From Sedimenticola sp. (GTDB lineage Bacteria > Pseudomonadota > Gammaproteobacteria > Chromatiales > Chromatiaceae), in the NCBI GenBank assembly GCA_026984735.1, contig JALSRN010000014.1, forward strand, positions 21,405 to 85,404: a stretch of DNA of 64,000 bases, read 5' to 3'. Shown piece after piece: positions 41,582-50,761 of the stretch. Under the pieces are notes generated by a model. It was not told where the DNA came from and ran no database searches. It worked only from the letters and a program-made list of their open reading frames with translations. The stretch's first letter is position 1, and every line of letters starts with the position of its first letter. A program made the translations under genes and the position numbers.

Positions 41582-42532
41582 TCACTGTTCGACCAATTCC
41601 ACCCGCCGGTTTTTGGCGCGCCCCTCTTCCGTGGCGTTGCTCGCCACTGGCGCCACCGGCCCCACGCCCACCGGCTTCAGCCGCCTGGCCGGAATGCCGT
41701 GCCTTCCCACGAGCGCCCGAGTCACGGCGGCCGCCCTTCTTTTGGAGAGCGCCAGGTTGTAGTCGTACTCCCCGGTATTGTCCGTGTGCCCCACGACGTA
41801 GAGCCGGACGCGAGGATGGGCCTTGAGGTATTTGGCGATCTCCGACAAAGTGGCATTCGATTCGGGCTTGAGATGGTCGCTATCGAGATCGAAGGTGATT
41901 CCATAGAGAGCCACATGGCCTTTGGCACCGATCTCCGAAGCCATCTTTTCAGCGCCCACCACATCCAGTCGCGCGTCCAACGGACGCGATTCCACCACGC
42001 GCAGATAGGCCCAGTACCGGTCGCCCCAGGTGGTGTGATGGATGAAACTGTAAAGCGCCACCACCGCCTCCTTGCCTCGCAGAGCGCCTTTGGCCACGAG
42101 AACGTAGATGGGGCGGCTCAAGGGCGGAAACTCTTCGTGAAGCTTGGCCTCGCTTTTCGACACTCCGAAAAAACCTTTGTCGTCTTCATATTCGAACAAC
42201 ACCTGAAAGCCTTTTTCTTCCAGATTTCTCCGATATATCATCGCCGCTCCTTCGGCGCCCACGTCCTTGGGCAGCCAATAGTCGATCTTCCAGATCTCGC
42301 CGGACATCCGCTCCGTCTTCCCCACGAGCCCTTTTCTTTCCGACACGGGAAAAGTGATCGAACCGGCTCTTTTGTGCACATATTTTCCGATGATCGATCC
42401 GGGAACCCTCCCCAATCGAGGGTGGTCGGCGCTTCCGGCCACATCCTTACGCGGCGGCTTGGGCGCTGCCACCGCCGACGCGAAAGCCGCCACCAACAAC
42501 GCCGTCATCGTCAATTTGAACCACTGAATCAT
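41582..42532 (-). CDS. OmpA-like peptidoglycan-binding domain protein (DUF4892-like N-terminus)
   Basis: Signal peptide; GHTDNTG..YNLALSKRRA..NRRVEL; no transmembrane barrel. Confidence 0.88.
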   Translation of the reverse strand: MIQWFKLTMTALLVAAFASAVAAPKPPRKDVAGSADHPRLGRVPGSIIGKYVHKRAGSITFPVSERKGLVGKTERMSGEIWKIDYWLPKDVGAEGAAMIYRRNLEEKGFQVLFEYEDDKGFFGVSKSEAKLHEEFPPLSRPIYVLVAKGALRGKEAVVALYSFIHHTTWGDRYWAYLRVVESRPLDARLDVVGAEKMASEIGAKGHVALYGITFDLDSDHLKPESNATLSEIAKYLKAHPRVRLYVVGHTDNTGEYDYNLALSKRRAAAVTRALVGRHGIPARRLKPVGVGPVAPVASNATEEGRAKNRRVELVEQ

Positions 42533-42577
42533 CGCTCTCCTCATCTTCCGTTCTCCGGTTCTTCGATTTTTGTCCGT

Positions 42578-44038
42578 TTACGATCCGTCGCCGCAACCTG
42601 GGTGACGGAGAATCCCATGGCCGTACACCGGATCCACGCCCGGTTTTCCCGCATCCGACGCGCTTTCCAGCAATTCCTCCAACGCTGAAACGGTTCCCCG
42701 GCTCTCCTCCAGCGCCAGGGCGGCGGCGACGAAAGGAGCGGCGTACGAGGTTCCGCTGAGATAACGACCACCTCGCCGACCCGTCGGCAGCCAAAGATCC
42801 ACGCCCGGAGCGGCGAGGGTCACATGGGAGCCCCGGTTCGCCAACCGCCATGCCCGCCCTTCGGCATCCACCGCCGTGACGCCCACCACTCCGTCATAGG
42901 CCGCCGGATAGACCGGTTCCATCTTTCCATCGTTTCCCGCAGCCGCCACGATCTGCAATCCCTTGCGCCGGGCCAACAACAACGCGAGTTCCAGCAGCCG
43001 GTTCGGCGGCCCGCCGATGCTCATCACCCCCAGTCGCACGTTCCGGCGTACCAACCAATCCAATGCGGCCACCATTTTTTCGGCGGTGGCGTCCACAATG
43101 TCGGCCTCACGGTTGCGCAGCACCACGGCAAGATGCAGTTCCGCGCCGGGAAGCAAGCCGCCGAAGCCCGAATCGCCGCGCCCGACCAACAGACCCGCTA
43201 TCGCCGTGGCGTGATCCGCGGGCGCCGGTCGTTCGGCCGCTCCAAGAAAAGAGAACGATTCGATGGCAGCCCCCCGCAAAGCAGGATGGGCTCTTTCGAC
43301 GGGTCCATCCACCAAGCCGATACGGGCGTCCCGGCCACAGTCTGAAGTGCTGTTCCAGCCGATCAAGCGCTGCCCGTAGATCAAGGCTTTCCCTCCCATG
43401 GGTCGGTAACGGTGGTTCACGTCCATCCACACGTCGGGAGAGGTTTGCCTCAGCGCCACCAGTAACGCTTTTTCATGGCCCTCCGGCACCCGAAAAACGC
43501 TCAATATCATTCCCAGCCCGTGCAACACCTTGCGACGGCGCAGACGATAACCGCTTTGTCTCATGGCTTGCGCCACGGCTTTGGCCACCTCGAGCTCCCC
43601 GCTCGCAATGAGGATCTCGCCCGGTTCGATTCCCCGGTCCACGGTCGCCGCCAACGACGACGGCAAAGGAGGCAGGGACGGTAGAGACCGATCGAGAAAA
43701 TCCCCCCGCGACAAAGCATTCCGCCGAAAAACAGGCTGTCCGCTCGCTCCAGGCTCGGGCGCCTTCCATTCTCCAGACGTCTCCCCGCCGCTGGAACCGT
43801 CGGCCGCCGGCGCATCGGAAGAGGACTGGCCACCCTCCTCCTGATCCGCAACGTAAAATCGCGCATGCGCGGATTTCCAACGGGAGGAGGCGTCGAACAC
43901 CGTTTCCCTGTTTCCAACCGCGACCATCCATTGCCCTCGATCTCCACGGGCATCGGAGGAAACTCGGCCACCTCCTTCCGCGGCCGCCAGCGAAGCGGCC
44001 AGGAGCACCAGCGCTAACGATCCGACCGCCACTTTCAT
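42578..44038 (-). CDS. S8 subtilisin-like serine protease
   Basis: Signal peptide, prodomain, triad LVDG / DHATAIAG / SGTSYAAP, oxyanion AAAGN. Confidence 0.92.
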   Translation of the reverse strand: MKVAVGSLALVLLAASLAAAEGGGRVSSDARGDRGQWMVAVGNRETVFDASSRWKSAHARFYVADQEEGGQSSSDAPAADGSSGGETSGEWKAPEPGASGQPVFRRNALSRGDFLDRSLPSLPPLPSSLAATVDRGIEPGEILIASGELEVAKAVAQAMRQSGYRLRRRKVLHGLGMILSVFRVPEGHEKALLVALRQTSPDVWMDVNHRYRPMGGKALIYGQRLIGWNSTSDCGRDARIGLVDGPVERAHPALRGAAIESFSFLGAAERPAPADHATAIAGLLVGRGDSGFGGLLPGAELHLAVVLRNREADIVDATAEKMVAALDWLVRRNVRLGVMSIGGPPNRLLELALLLARRKGLQIVAAAGNDGKMEPVYPAAYDGVVGVTAVDAEGRAWRLANRGSHVTLAAPGVDLWLPTGRRGGRYLSGTSYAAPFVAAALALEESRGTVSALEELLESASDAGKPGVDPVYGHGILRHPGCGDGS

Positions 44039-44670
44039 GGCCCTCTCACCTCTTTCACGATATCCGACGACACGAGCCGGTTTCGGACGCGGGCGACCGC
44101 CCCTCTTTTGGCGGAGACGATCCGCAGGCGGTATACGCCCAAGGCGCCCGGCCCTCCGGCAAACTCAAGACCCGCCTGCTGCAACAGACGGCGGATCCGA
44201 CCTTCCGTCGCGTCTTGGCGGAAACGAACCTGGAACACGACCTCCCCTCTTCCTCCTTCCTCTCCCAAAGGCCGATAGAGCGCCGGCGAAGAGGAGCGTT
44301 GGTGGAAAAGCACGCCCAGAATCGCCCCTTCGACGACCACCGCCAAGCTCGCCGCCATGGCCAGCCGCCGCCACCAAACCGGATTCCGCTTCACGCCCGC
44401 CCTTCCTTCTTCTTCGATCCGCTCGCGCCGTATGCGATTTTGCAATTCCTCCCACACCTTCTCGTCCGGCTTCCGGTCCCTCCATTTCTCCTTCGCTCCC
44501 CGACACACCGCCTGGAGAAAACGGTACTCGAGCCGGCATCGCTCGCAGTTCTCGATGTGGACGAGCACCCGGCGTAGTTCAGGTTCTTTCAAAGAGCCAT
44601 TCGCCAGCAAGGGCAACAAATCGTCCGGATGCGTTCCCCCGTTCATTTGCCGATTCGATCGATTCGTCAT
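44035..44670 (-). CDS. Zinc-finger (ZAS, zf-HC2) anti-sigma factor
   Basis: HIENCERC (HxxxCxxC), one TM, periplasmic domain; ATGA-coupled to the S8 gene; start could be 44646. Confidence 0.88.
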   Translation of the reverse strand: MTNRSNRQMNGGTHPDDLLPLLANGSLKEPELRRVLVHIENCERCRLEYRFLQAVCRGAKEKWRDRKPDEKVWEELQNRIRRERIEEEGRAGVKRNPVWWRRLAMAASLAVVVEGAILGVLFHQRSSSPALYRPLGEEGGRGEVVFQVRFRQDATEGRIRRLLQQAGLEFAGGPGALGVYRLRIVSAKRGAVARVRNRLVSSDIVKEVRGP

Positions 44671-44720
44671 TCCAATGCCCCGCAATGGCCCTAACGGCCG
44701 AGATTCGGTATCCACCCTTC

Positions 44721-44747
44721 AGTCGAGCGAAAAGACAAAAGGGTTCA
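44721..44747 (-). promoter_or_regulatory. Putative ECF sigma promoter P2
   Basis: TGAACC-cttttgtcttttcgct-CGACT; the -35 element overlaps the ECF stop codon. Confidence 0.75.
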
Positions 44748-45329
44748 TTGACGAGGGAGGCCGTCGAGTTGCAGGCAAGCTTTGATCTTGCGTCTGGCAT
44801 GGTGGATCCGGGTCTTGACCGTACCTTCGGGACAATCCAGGATCGCCGCGATCTCTCCATAGGGGAGGTCCTCGAAGAAAGCCAGGTAGACCACCTGTCG
44901 CATGGGGGAAGGGAGCCTTTCGATGCAAGCCTCGACCCGGTCCAGGTCCTGGCTCGCCTCAACCGCCTTCTCCGTCATCGAAGAGAGGGAGGAGGCTTCA
45001 TCGGCCGTTATCGAATCCAAAGCGTCTTCGCCGGCATCCCCTCCCTCTTCGCACCACCGGCGACGGCGCAATTTATCCAGAATCTTGTGGTGGGTGATCC
45101 CCAGCAGCCATGTGGCCACCGCCGATTTACCCTGATAACGCGCGGCGCTTCCCCGCCACACCTCGAAGAAAACCTCGTTGACCACATCCGCCGCATCGGC
45201 TTCCACCCCCAATCTGGACAAGGCAAAACGGTAGACGCGGGCGGAGAACCGTTCATAAAACCGCTGGAGCGCCTGCTCGTCGCCCGCGCTGATTCTCCGA
45301 AGCAATACCCGTTCAGGGTCCTCCGCCAT
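44745..45329 (-). CDS. ECF sigma-70 factor
   Basis: GGAGGT RBS; ADVVNEVFFEVW, STWL-like ATWLLGITHHK, IAAILDCPEGTVKTRIHHAR. Confidence 0.93.
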   Translation of the reverse strand: MAEDPERVLLRRISAGDEQALQRFYERFSARVYRFALSRLGVEADAADVVNEVFFEVWRGSAARYQGKSAVATWLLGITHHKILDKLRRRRWCEEGGDAGEDALDSITADEASSLSSMTEKAVEASQDLDRVEACIERLPSPMRQVVYLAFFEDLPYGEIAAILDCPEGTVKTRIHHARRKIKACLQLDGLPRQ

Positions 45330-46551
45330 TGCCCCCACCTCCGGTCCCGCCGCCACGCCAGAACCGCCTCCATTCGCTCGCCGCGATGGTTCTTCCTTCC
45401 GCGTCGAAGGCGACCACCCGCCACCATCCCAGGCCGTCCTTCATGCGCTCCATGACCAACGGCGAGAAAACGGCTTTGGATTGTCCACCCGCCACCAACT
45501 GACCCGCCTGAATGGGGGATTCGTCAGCGGAGCGGTTGACCACCGTTCCGAACGCACCCTCCTCCGCGCCGCGGTACTCGATGCGATAGGCCGCCGCCCC
45601 TTCCACCGCGCTCCATTCGAGGGAATCCCCTTTCCCCAAACGAGCGCCCGGCCCCGGCGTCTTGATGACGATGCGCTGGGGAATCGGAAGGCGGTTACCA
45701 TCCCCTTGAACGAAGTAGCGCAAAATCAGCCCTTCGCCATCGATCGCGGGCTCGAGCACGCGGAGCCGCACAAGATAAAGACCGGAAACATGCGTGGGCA
45801 AAAGAGGGCCGTTCAAAACAGCACGCCCATTTCCGTCGAGATATCGATGTACGGTCAGCAAAGGACGATAAACCGGCGTGCCCTGGGTGCTGCCCGGCTC
45901 GGCCACTTCCCAGCGGGCTCGCAGCAACCCACGTCCATCGTACTGGACTTCCGCATGGATCCCCAGTTGCGTTCCCGCCGCCACCACGCGGTTGACGGCA
46001 CCATCGTCGAAACGCATGCGGATGAAAGAGAGCGCAAATTCATTGCTGCCGATGCCGCCGCTCTGGATGGGCAGCTCCAGCCGGGCCTGGAATCGGGAAG
46101 GAGACAACGATTCTCCGAAGATTCGACACAAGGCGACGACATTGGCACCCCTCCGGCGGGCGGCCACCACCAAGGCCGGAGGAATGGCCACCTTTTCGCT
46201 CAAAGTGGCGGCGCCCCCATACGGGGGGGCGCCGTTCAACTGAAAAGTGCCGGAAACCGTGGTGGGAAAGGCTTGCAAAGGAGCGCAACCATTGCCCGAA
46301 GGGATGCCGATCACCAGCTGATTCGAAAAAACCCGATCGACGCGAAGATTCGGAGGCGCTTTGAAAGAGACGTTCACACTCCACCGCAACCGCACATCGT
46401 TCACCCTGTTCTGAAACACCAGCGCTGGATCGGACGTACCGACCGCCACGTCGATGTCGGCCTCCGCGGTCGCAAACCACGACACGGCCAGAACCGACAA
46501 GAGCCATGCAATTCTCGCCTTTTTCGAAGCTCTTTCACTCGCCCATGCCAT
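45313..46551 (-). CDS. Exported hypothetical protein with Ig/Fn3-like domains (412 aa)
   Basis: Signal peptide, beta-rich domains, Fn3-like LEWSAVEGAAAYRIEY..WWRVVAFD; overlaps both neighbours. Confidence 0.7.
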   Translation of the reverse strand: MAWASERASKKARIAWLLSVLAVSWFATAEADIDVAVGTSDPALVFQNRVNDVRLRWSVNVSFKAPPNLRVDRVFSNQLVIGIPSGNGCAPLQAFPTTVSGTFQLNGAPPYGGAATLSEKVAIPPALVVAARRRGANVVALCRIFGESLSPSRFQARLELPIQSGGIGSNEFALSFIRMRFDDGAVNRVVAAGTQLGIHAEVQYDGRGLLRARWEVAEPGSTQGTPVYRPLLTVHRYLDGNGRAVLNGPLLPTHVSGLYLVRLRVLEPAIDGEGLILRYFVQGDGNRLPIPQRIVIKTPGPGARLGKGDSLEWSAVEGAAAYRIEYRGAEEGAFGTVVNRSADESPIQAGQLVAGGQSKAVFSPLVMERMKDGLGWWRVVAFDAEGRTIAASEWRRFWRGGGTGGGGNGGGP

Positions 46552-48538
46552 AACCGACCCTCACACCCATGTAGAGTTGCCAATCGTTCTCGTTTCCTGC
46601 ACCGCTTTCCCATCGCTGATGCACGCCGCTGAGGCTCAGCGCAACGTCGGGGCGCCCTTCCTTCGGCGAGAACAGCGTCCAGGAAATCCATCCCGAAACG
46701 ATCACGCTTTTTTCATCCAGAGAGTCGGCCTCACGCCGGTTACGGTTCAACATGGGCGTGACGCCCATGGACAATCTACCGTCCATGATTCCCGACAACG
46801 TAACGGGCAACTGGTAGTTTTCGGTTATGGTTCGATCGCCGCCGCCGTCGTATCGCGTCACATCCCTGGACAACTGCGGCTGGAATATGAGGCGGTTTTC
46901 CAAGAACCCCAACGCATAACCGAGCGACCAGCCGTTGGTGCGGCTATCCGCGTGCACGCCGGTGAAATCCTCGTTCCGCGCCGTGGTGAGGCGAAGATCG
47001 CCCGTGCCTCCGAACAGGGCGAAGGAGAGGCGCCCTCCCAGAGTGCGCGTGGAGTCGTTCGCGAGCGGGTAGGGATAGCCCAGCGGACGGGTCACCGGGC
47101 GCCCACGCACACGACTTCCATCCAAGCCTACCGAGGTAACGAAGCCCGCCAGCGGCCGATCGAATCCATAGGAGAGATCCAGGCGCAGATCGTCGAGGCG
47201 CGAGGTGGGAAACGACTCCACCTCGTCCACATTGTTTTCAACCCTTCTGAACGAGGCGCCGGCTTGCAGCCCTCCCCGAGCGATGCCGAGACTGAATTGC
47301 GCCGCCTTTTGATCGCTCTGCTGGGCCGGGTTCATCAGGCTGTAGTAATAAGTGCCGATGCGGCCGACAGAAACTTTGAAGGTCCAGAGCAAGGGAGTGG
47401 CCGAAGAGGAATTCAGCTGTCCATCCAGCGCCATCCCCAACAGCCAGGCGTCGTCATTCACATCGTCCATCAAGGTGCCGGAAGCATCGCCATTCCAGCG
47501 CGTTCGCGCATATTCTCCATGCAGCTTCAGCTTACCTTCGAAAAGCTGGCTCGAGCCGGAGAACACGATTCCCCGCCCCTTTTGCCGATATTCCGCTCCG
47601 TAGCTCCCTTCTCCGCCCAGAGTGCCCTCTCCACCGTAAGCCATGGCTTGCAGCACCAGCCGTTCGGGATGTTCCTCCAACGGGAAAAGAGTGAACGCCC
47701 CCCCTGCAAGACGGTTTTTCGGATCGGTCACCCCGAGACCATGCTGAAAGCCACTTTCGCTATCCGGTCGACTCATGAAGGCGGAGAAACGGTAACGCCG
47801 GCGATCCCGAACGCCCAGATCGACCTGAATTCCGCGGTAACTGGAGCCGGCGCTGAGCAGGCTCCCGGCGAGGGGAGAGAAATGGCCCACCTTGGCGCCG
47901 ATGGTTCCGCGCTCGAGGTTGAGCAGATAATTGCTCAGCTCCAAGCGCCGCCGTGCCGCCGAACCGTTTCCTCCGCTGCTGTAGCCCAGATCCATGTGCG
48001 CGTCCGCACGCCACTCGCCGCCACCGGCGGCGCCCTCCAGGCGCAAACTCCCATTCCCGCTCCACTCTTTTCCCTGCTCTTTCCAGGCGTCGGTGGCATC
48101 CAGCCTGCGCGCGGCGGTAAGCTCCGCCGCCACATGTCCCCTCGCCTCCCGAAACAACCGCGAATACCGAACCTCCAACTGCCAAACGCCCCGTTCTTCC
48201 ACGCTTCCATCCAGCGCGTACTCCACCACTCTCAGTTCGTGCCTCCCCGGTGACAACGGTTCCACGGGCCGATAGACCACGTGATCCGTTTCCCGCGCCA
48301 CCATCCCCGTCACGTCCACGCCATCGAGTTCCAGCGCAAGACGCGCCAACAGACTTGCCGGCCAGTCGCGGGGAATCCGGATGCGGATGGCGTCCCGCCC
48401 TCCACGCCACCCTTTTTCCGGCGCTTCGAGCGCGAGTCCTTGGGAGGAGGAAGAGAGCGAGCCGAAGGAAGGCCCGAAAAAGAACAGTAGCAGCAACGGC
48501 GCCAGCAGCGTACGCCACAAACGAGAGGTTTCCATCAC
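46535..48538 (-). CDS. Predicted outer-membrane beta-barrel with N-terminal Ig-like domain (667 aa)
   Basis: Signal peptide, alternating amphipathic G/S/aromatic strands over ~500 aa, terminal strand WQLYMGVRVGY. Confidence 0.7.
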   Translation of the reverse strand: MMETSRLWRTLLAPLLLLFFFGPSFGSLSSSSQGLALEAPEKGWRGGRDAIRIRIPRDWPASLLARLALELDGVDVTGMVARETDHVVYRPVEPLSPGRHELRVVEYALDGSVEERGVWQLEVRYSRLFREARGHVAAELTAARRLDATDAWKEQGKEWSGNGSLRLEGAAGGGEWRADAHMDLGYSSGGNGSAARRRLELSNYLLNLERGTIGAKVGHFSPLAGSLLSAGSSYRGIQVDLGVRDRRRYRFSAFMSRPDSESGFQHGLGVTDPKNRLAGGAFTLFPLEEHPERLVLQAMAYGGEGTLGGEGSYGAEYRQKGRGIVFSGSSQLFEGKLKLHGEYARTRWNGDASGTLMDDVNDDAWLLGMALDGQLNSSSATPLLWTFKVSVGRIGTYYYSLMNPAQQSDQKAAQFSLGIARGGLQAGASFRRVENNVDEVESFPTSRLDDLRLDLSYGFDRPLAGFVTSVGLDGSRVRGRPVTRPLGYPYPLANDSTRTLGGRLSFALFGGTGDLRLTTARNEDFTGVHADSRTNGWSLGYALGFLENRLIFQPQLSRDVTRYDGGGDRTITENYQLPVTLSGIMDGRLSMGVTPMLNRNRREADSLDEKSVIVSGWISWTLFSPKEGRPDVALSLSGVHQRWESGAGNENDWQLYMGVRVGYGMGE
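46723..46749 (-). promoter_or_regulatory. Putative internal ECF sigma promoter P1
   Basis: TGAACC-gtaaccggcgtgaggc-CGACT inside the barrel gene, 172 bp upstream of the 412-aa/ECF genes. Confidence 0.6.
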
Positions 48539-48664
48539 TCCATCCCTCGACCTTTAACGGTCTTATTTTTTTTCGAGTGCCGGCCCCTTCCTTATACGCA
48601 AAAAATGCGGAGACGAGGGGTTGGAAGCTTCGCGCGACAGCGTTATGGTCGTTTTCGCAAAAGC

Positions 48665-49261
48665 TTAGTTGAATCCACGCCCCTTGTCATCCATCAGGTT
48701 CATGTAGAAACGGCCGGGGCTGTGGGGGTCGCGCAATATGTCGCCCACCCGTGGAACGAAGCGCCCCTGACGGCGATCCTCGAAGTAGAGACGCAACGTC
48801 TCCCGCACCACGGCGAAGGCGAGCTCGTCCCAGGGAATCTCCTCTTCCCGGAAGAGCGCCACCTCCAGCGACTCTTCGCCCGGCGCGAAACGGGCGTCGG
48901 CGAGCCGCCCCCGGAACAGCAGATAGACCTGGTCGATGTGCGGCAGGTTGAAGGTGGTGTAGAGCTGCAGAATCTCCACCCGGGCCTTGGCCTCCTCCCA
49001 GGTTTCCCGCGCGGCCCCCTCCTGGCAGCTCTCGCCGTTCTCCATGAAGCCGGCGGGCAGGGTCCAGAGGCCGTAGCGGGGCTCAATGGCGCGCCGGCAG
49101 AGAAGGAGACGACCATCCTCGTACTCGGGAATGCAGCCGGTGACCAGCTTGGGGTTTTGATAGTGGATCTCGCCGCAACGCGTGCAGACATGGCGCTCGC
49201 GGCTGTCGCCGGGCGGCACCCGAAGCTCCAGGCGCCCGCCGCAGCTGCTGCAATAGTTCAT
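48665..49261 (-). CDS. Nudix hydrolase with N-terminal zinc ribbon
   Basis: CSSCG..CTRCG, YQNPK, Nudix box GFMENGESCQEGAARETWEEA. Confidence 0.92.
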   Translation of the reverse strand: MNYCSSCGGRLELRVPPGDSRERHVCTRCGEIHYQNPKLVTGCIPEYEDGRLLLCRRAIEPRYGLWTLPAGFMENGESCQEGAARETWEEAKARVEILQLYTTFNLPHIDQVYLLFRGRLADARFAPGEESLEVALFREEEIPWDELAFAVVRETLRLYFEDRRQGRFVPRVGDILRDPHSPGRFYMNLMDDKGRGFN

Positions 49262-49338
49262 CCGCTCTTCCGGCTTTCCGTTCCGCATTGCGTGTAAACT
49301 AACACCCTTCTCCGGCCACTGGAAAGCTGCAACCTTTA

Positions 49339-50334
49339 ATGGACCCCTCTTCCGGCCCCTCCCCCATCGGTCTGCTGCTGGTGAATCTGGGCTCCCCCGA
49401 CTCGCCCGAGCCCGCCGACGTGCGCCGCTACCTGGCGGAGTTTCTCCAGGACCCACGGGTGGTGGAGATGCCGCGCTGGCGCTGGCTGCCCATCCTGCAC
49501 GGCGTGGTGCTCAACGTGCGGCCCCGCCGCTCCGCCGCGGCCTATCGCAAGATCTGGACCGAGGAGGGCTCGCCCCTGCTGCTCCACACCCGGCGGCAGG
49601 CGCGGGCGCTCGCCTCGCGGCTGGGCGGGGCGGTGAAGGTGGTGCCCGCCATGCGCTACGGCAACCCCTCCATCGCCGCCGGCCTGGCGGAGCTGCGAAA
49701 AGCGGGCTGCGAGCGGCTGTTGGTGTTTCCGCTCTACCCCCAGTATTCGGCCACCACCACCGCCTCGGCGTTCGACGCGGTGACGAAAGAGCTGCGCAAC
49801 TGGCGCTGGATCCCCGAGCTGCGACTGGTGAACCAGTATTACGAGGACGACGGCTACCTGGATGCCCTGGCCGCCAGCGTGCGGGATTTTCACGCGCAAG
49901 AAGGCAAGGCGGAAGCGACGCTCTTCTCCTTTCACGGCATCCCCCGCCGCTACGCCGATCAGGGCGACCCCTATCCCTCCCAATGCCGGCGGACCGCCGA
50001 ACGGCTGGCCGCGCGCCTGGAGCTGCCGCCCGAGCGGTGGCGGTTGAGCTATCAGTCCCGCATGGGCCGGGAGCCCTGGCTGGAGCCGGCCACCAGCGCA
50101 ATCCTGGAGCGGCTGCCCCGGGAAGGGGTGAAGCGGGTGGAGGTGCTCTGCCCCGGCTTCGCCGCCGACTGCCTGGAGACGCTGGAGGAGATCGCCATGG
50201 AGAACCGCGATCGCTTTCTGGCCGCGGGAGGGACCCACTACCGCTACATCCCCTGCCTGAACGACCGTTCCGACCACATCGACGCGCTGGCGGCCATCGC
50301 CCGCCGCCATTTGGGAGGCTGGCTCAATGAGTGA
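49339..50334 (+). CDS. hemH: Ferrochelatase
   Basis: LLVNLGSPD, PLYPQYSATT, FSFHGIP, YQSRMG, PGFAADCLETLEEI. Confidence 0.96.
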   Translation: MDPSSGPSPIGLLLVNLGSPDSPEPADVRRYLAEFLQDPRVVEMPRWRWLPILHGVVLNVRPRRSAAAYRKIWTEEGSPLLLHTRRQARALASRLGGAVKVVPAMRYGNPSIAAGLAELRKAGCERLLVFPLYPQYSATTTASAFDAVTKELRNWRWIPELRLVNQYYEDDGYLDALAASVRDFHAQEGKAEATLFSFHGIPRRYADQGDPYPSQCRRTAERLAARLELPPERWRLSYQSRMGREPWLEPATSAILERLPREGVKRVEVLCPGFAADCLETLEEIAMENRDRFLAAGGTHYRYIPCLNDRSDHIDALAAIARRHLGGWLNE

Positions 50335-50719
50335 CGTTCCACGCCCCACCGACATCATCCTCCATCGGAAATCCCACGAGCTGGAGATCGCCTTCGACGA
50401 CGGCAGCCGCTTCACCTACCCCGCCGAGCTGCTGCGCGTCTACTCCCCCTCGGCCGAGGTGCGCGGCCATTGGGGTCAGGGCGCCACCCTGCAGTTGGAC
50501 AAGCAGGACGTGAACATCGCCGACATCCGGCCGGTGGGCCAGTACGCCATCAAGATCGTCTTCGACGACGGCCACGACTCGGGCCTCTTCGACTGGGGCT
50601 ACCTCTACGACCTGGGGCGCAAGCAGGCGCTCTACTGGACCCGCTATCTCGACCGGCTGCAACAGGCGGGACACGAGCGCAAGCCCCCCTCGTGGAAGGG
50701 GCGGGACGAATCCTCTTAG
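50327..50719 (+). CDS. DUF971 / GBBH N-terminal-like protein
   Basis: AELLRVYSPSAEVRGH, VGQYAIKIVFDDGHDSGLFDW. Confidence 0.88.
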   Translation: MSDVPRPTDIILHRKSHELEIAFDDGSRFTYPAELLRVYSPSAEVRGHWGQGATLQLDKQDVNIADIRPVGQYAIKIVFDDGHDSGLFDWGYLYDLGRKQALYWTRYLDRLQQAGHERKPPSWKGRDESS

Positions 50720-50761
50720 CCATGGCCATGGCGCGAGGGAGAGGGGGCACCGGAGGAAGTC

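Noticed and set aside
48590-48710. Fifth ECF promoter upstream of the barrel gene
   Set aside because: Only imperfect candidates (CCAACC-N20-CGTA, TGAACC-N17-CGTG); wrong spacing or -10 element.
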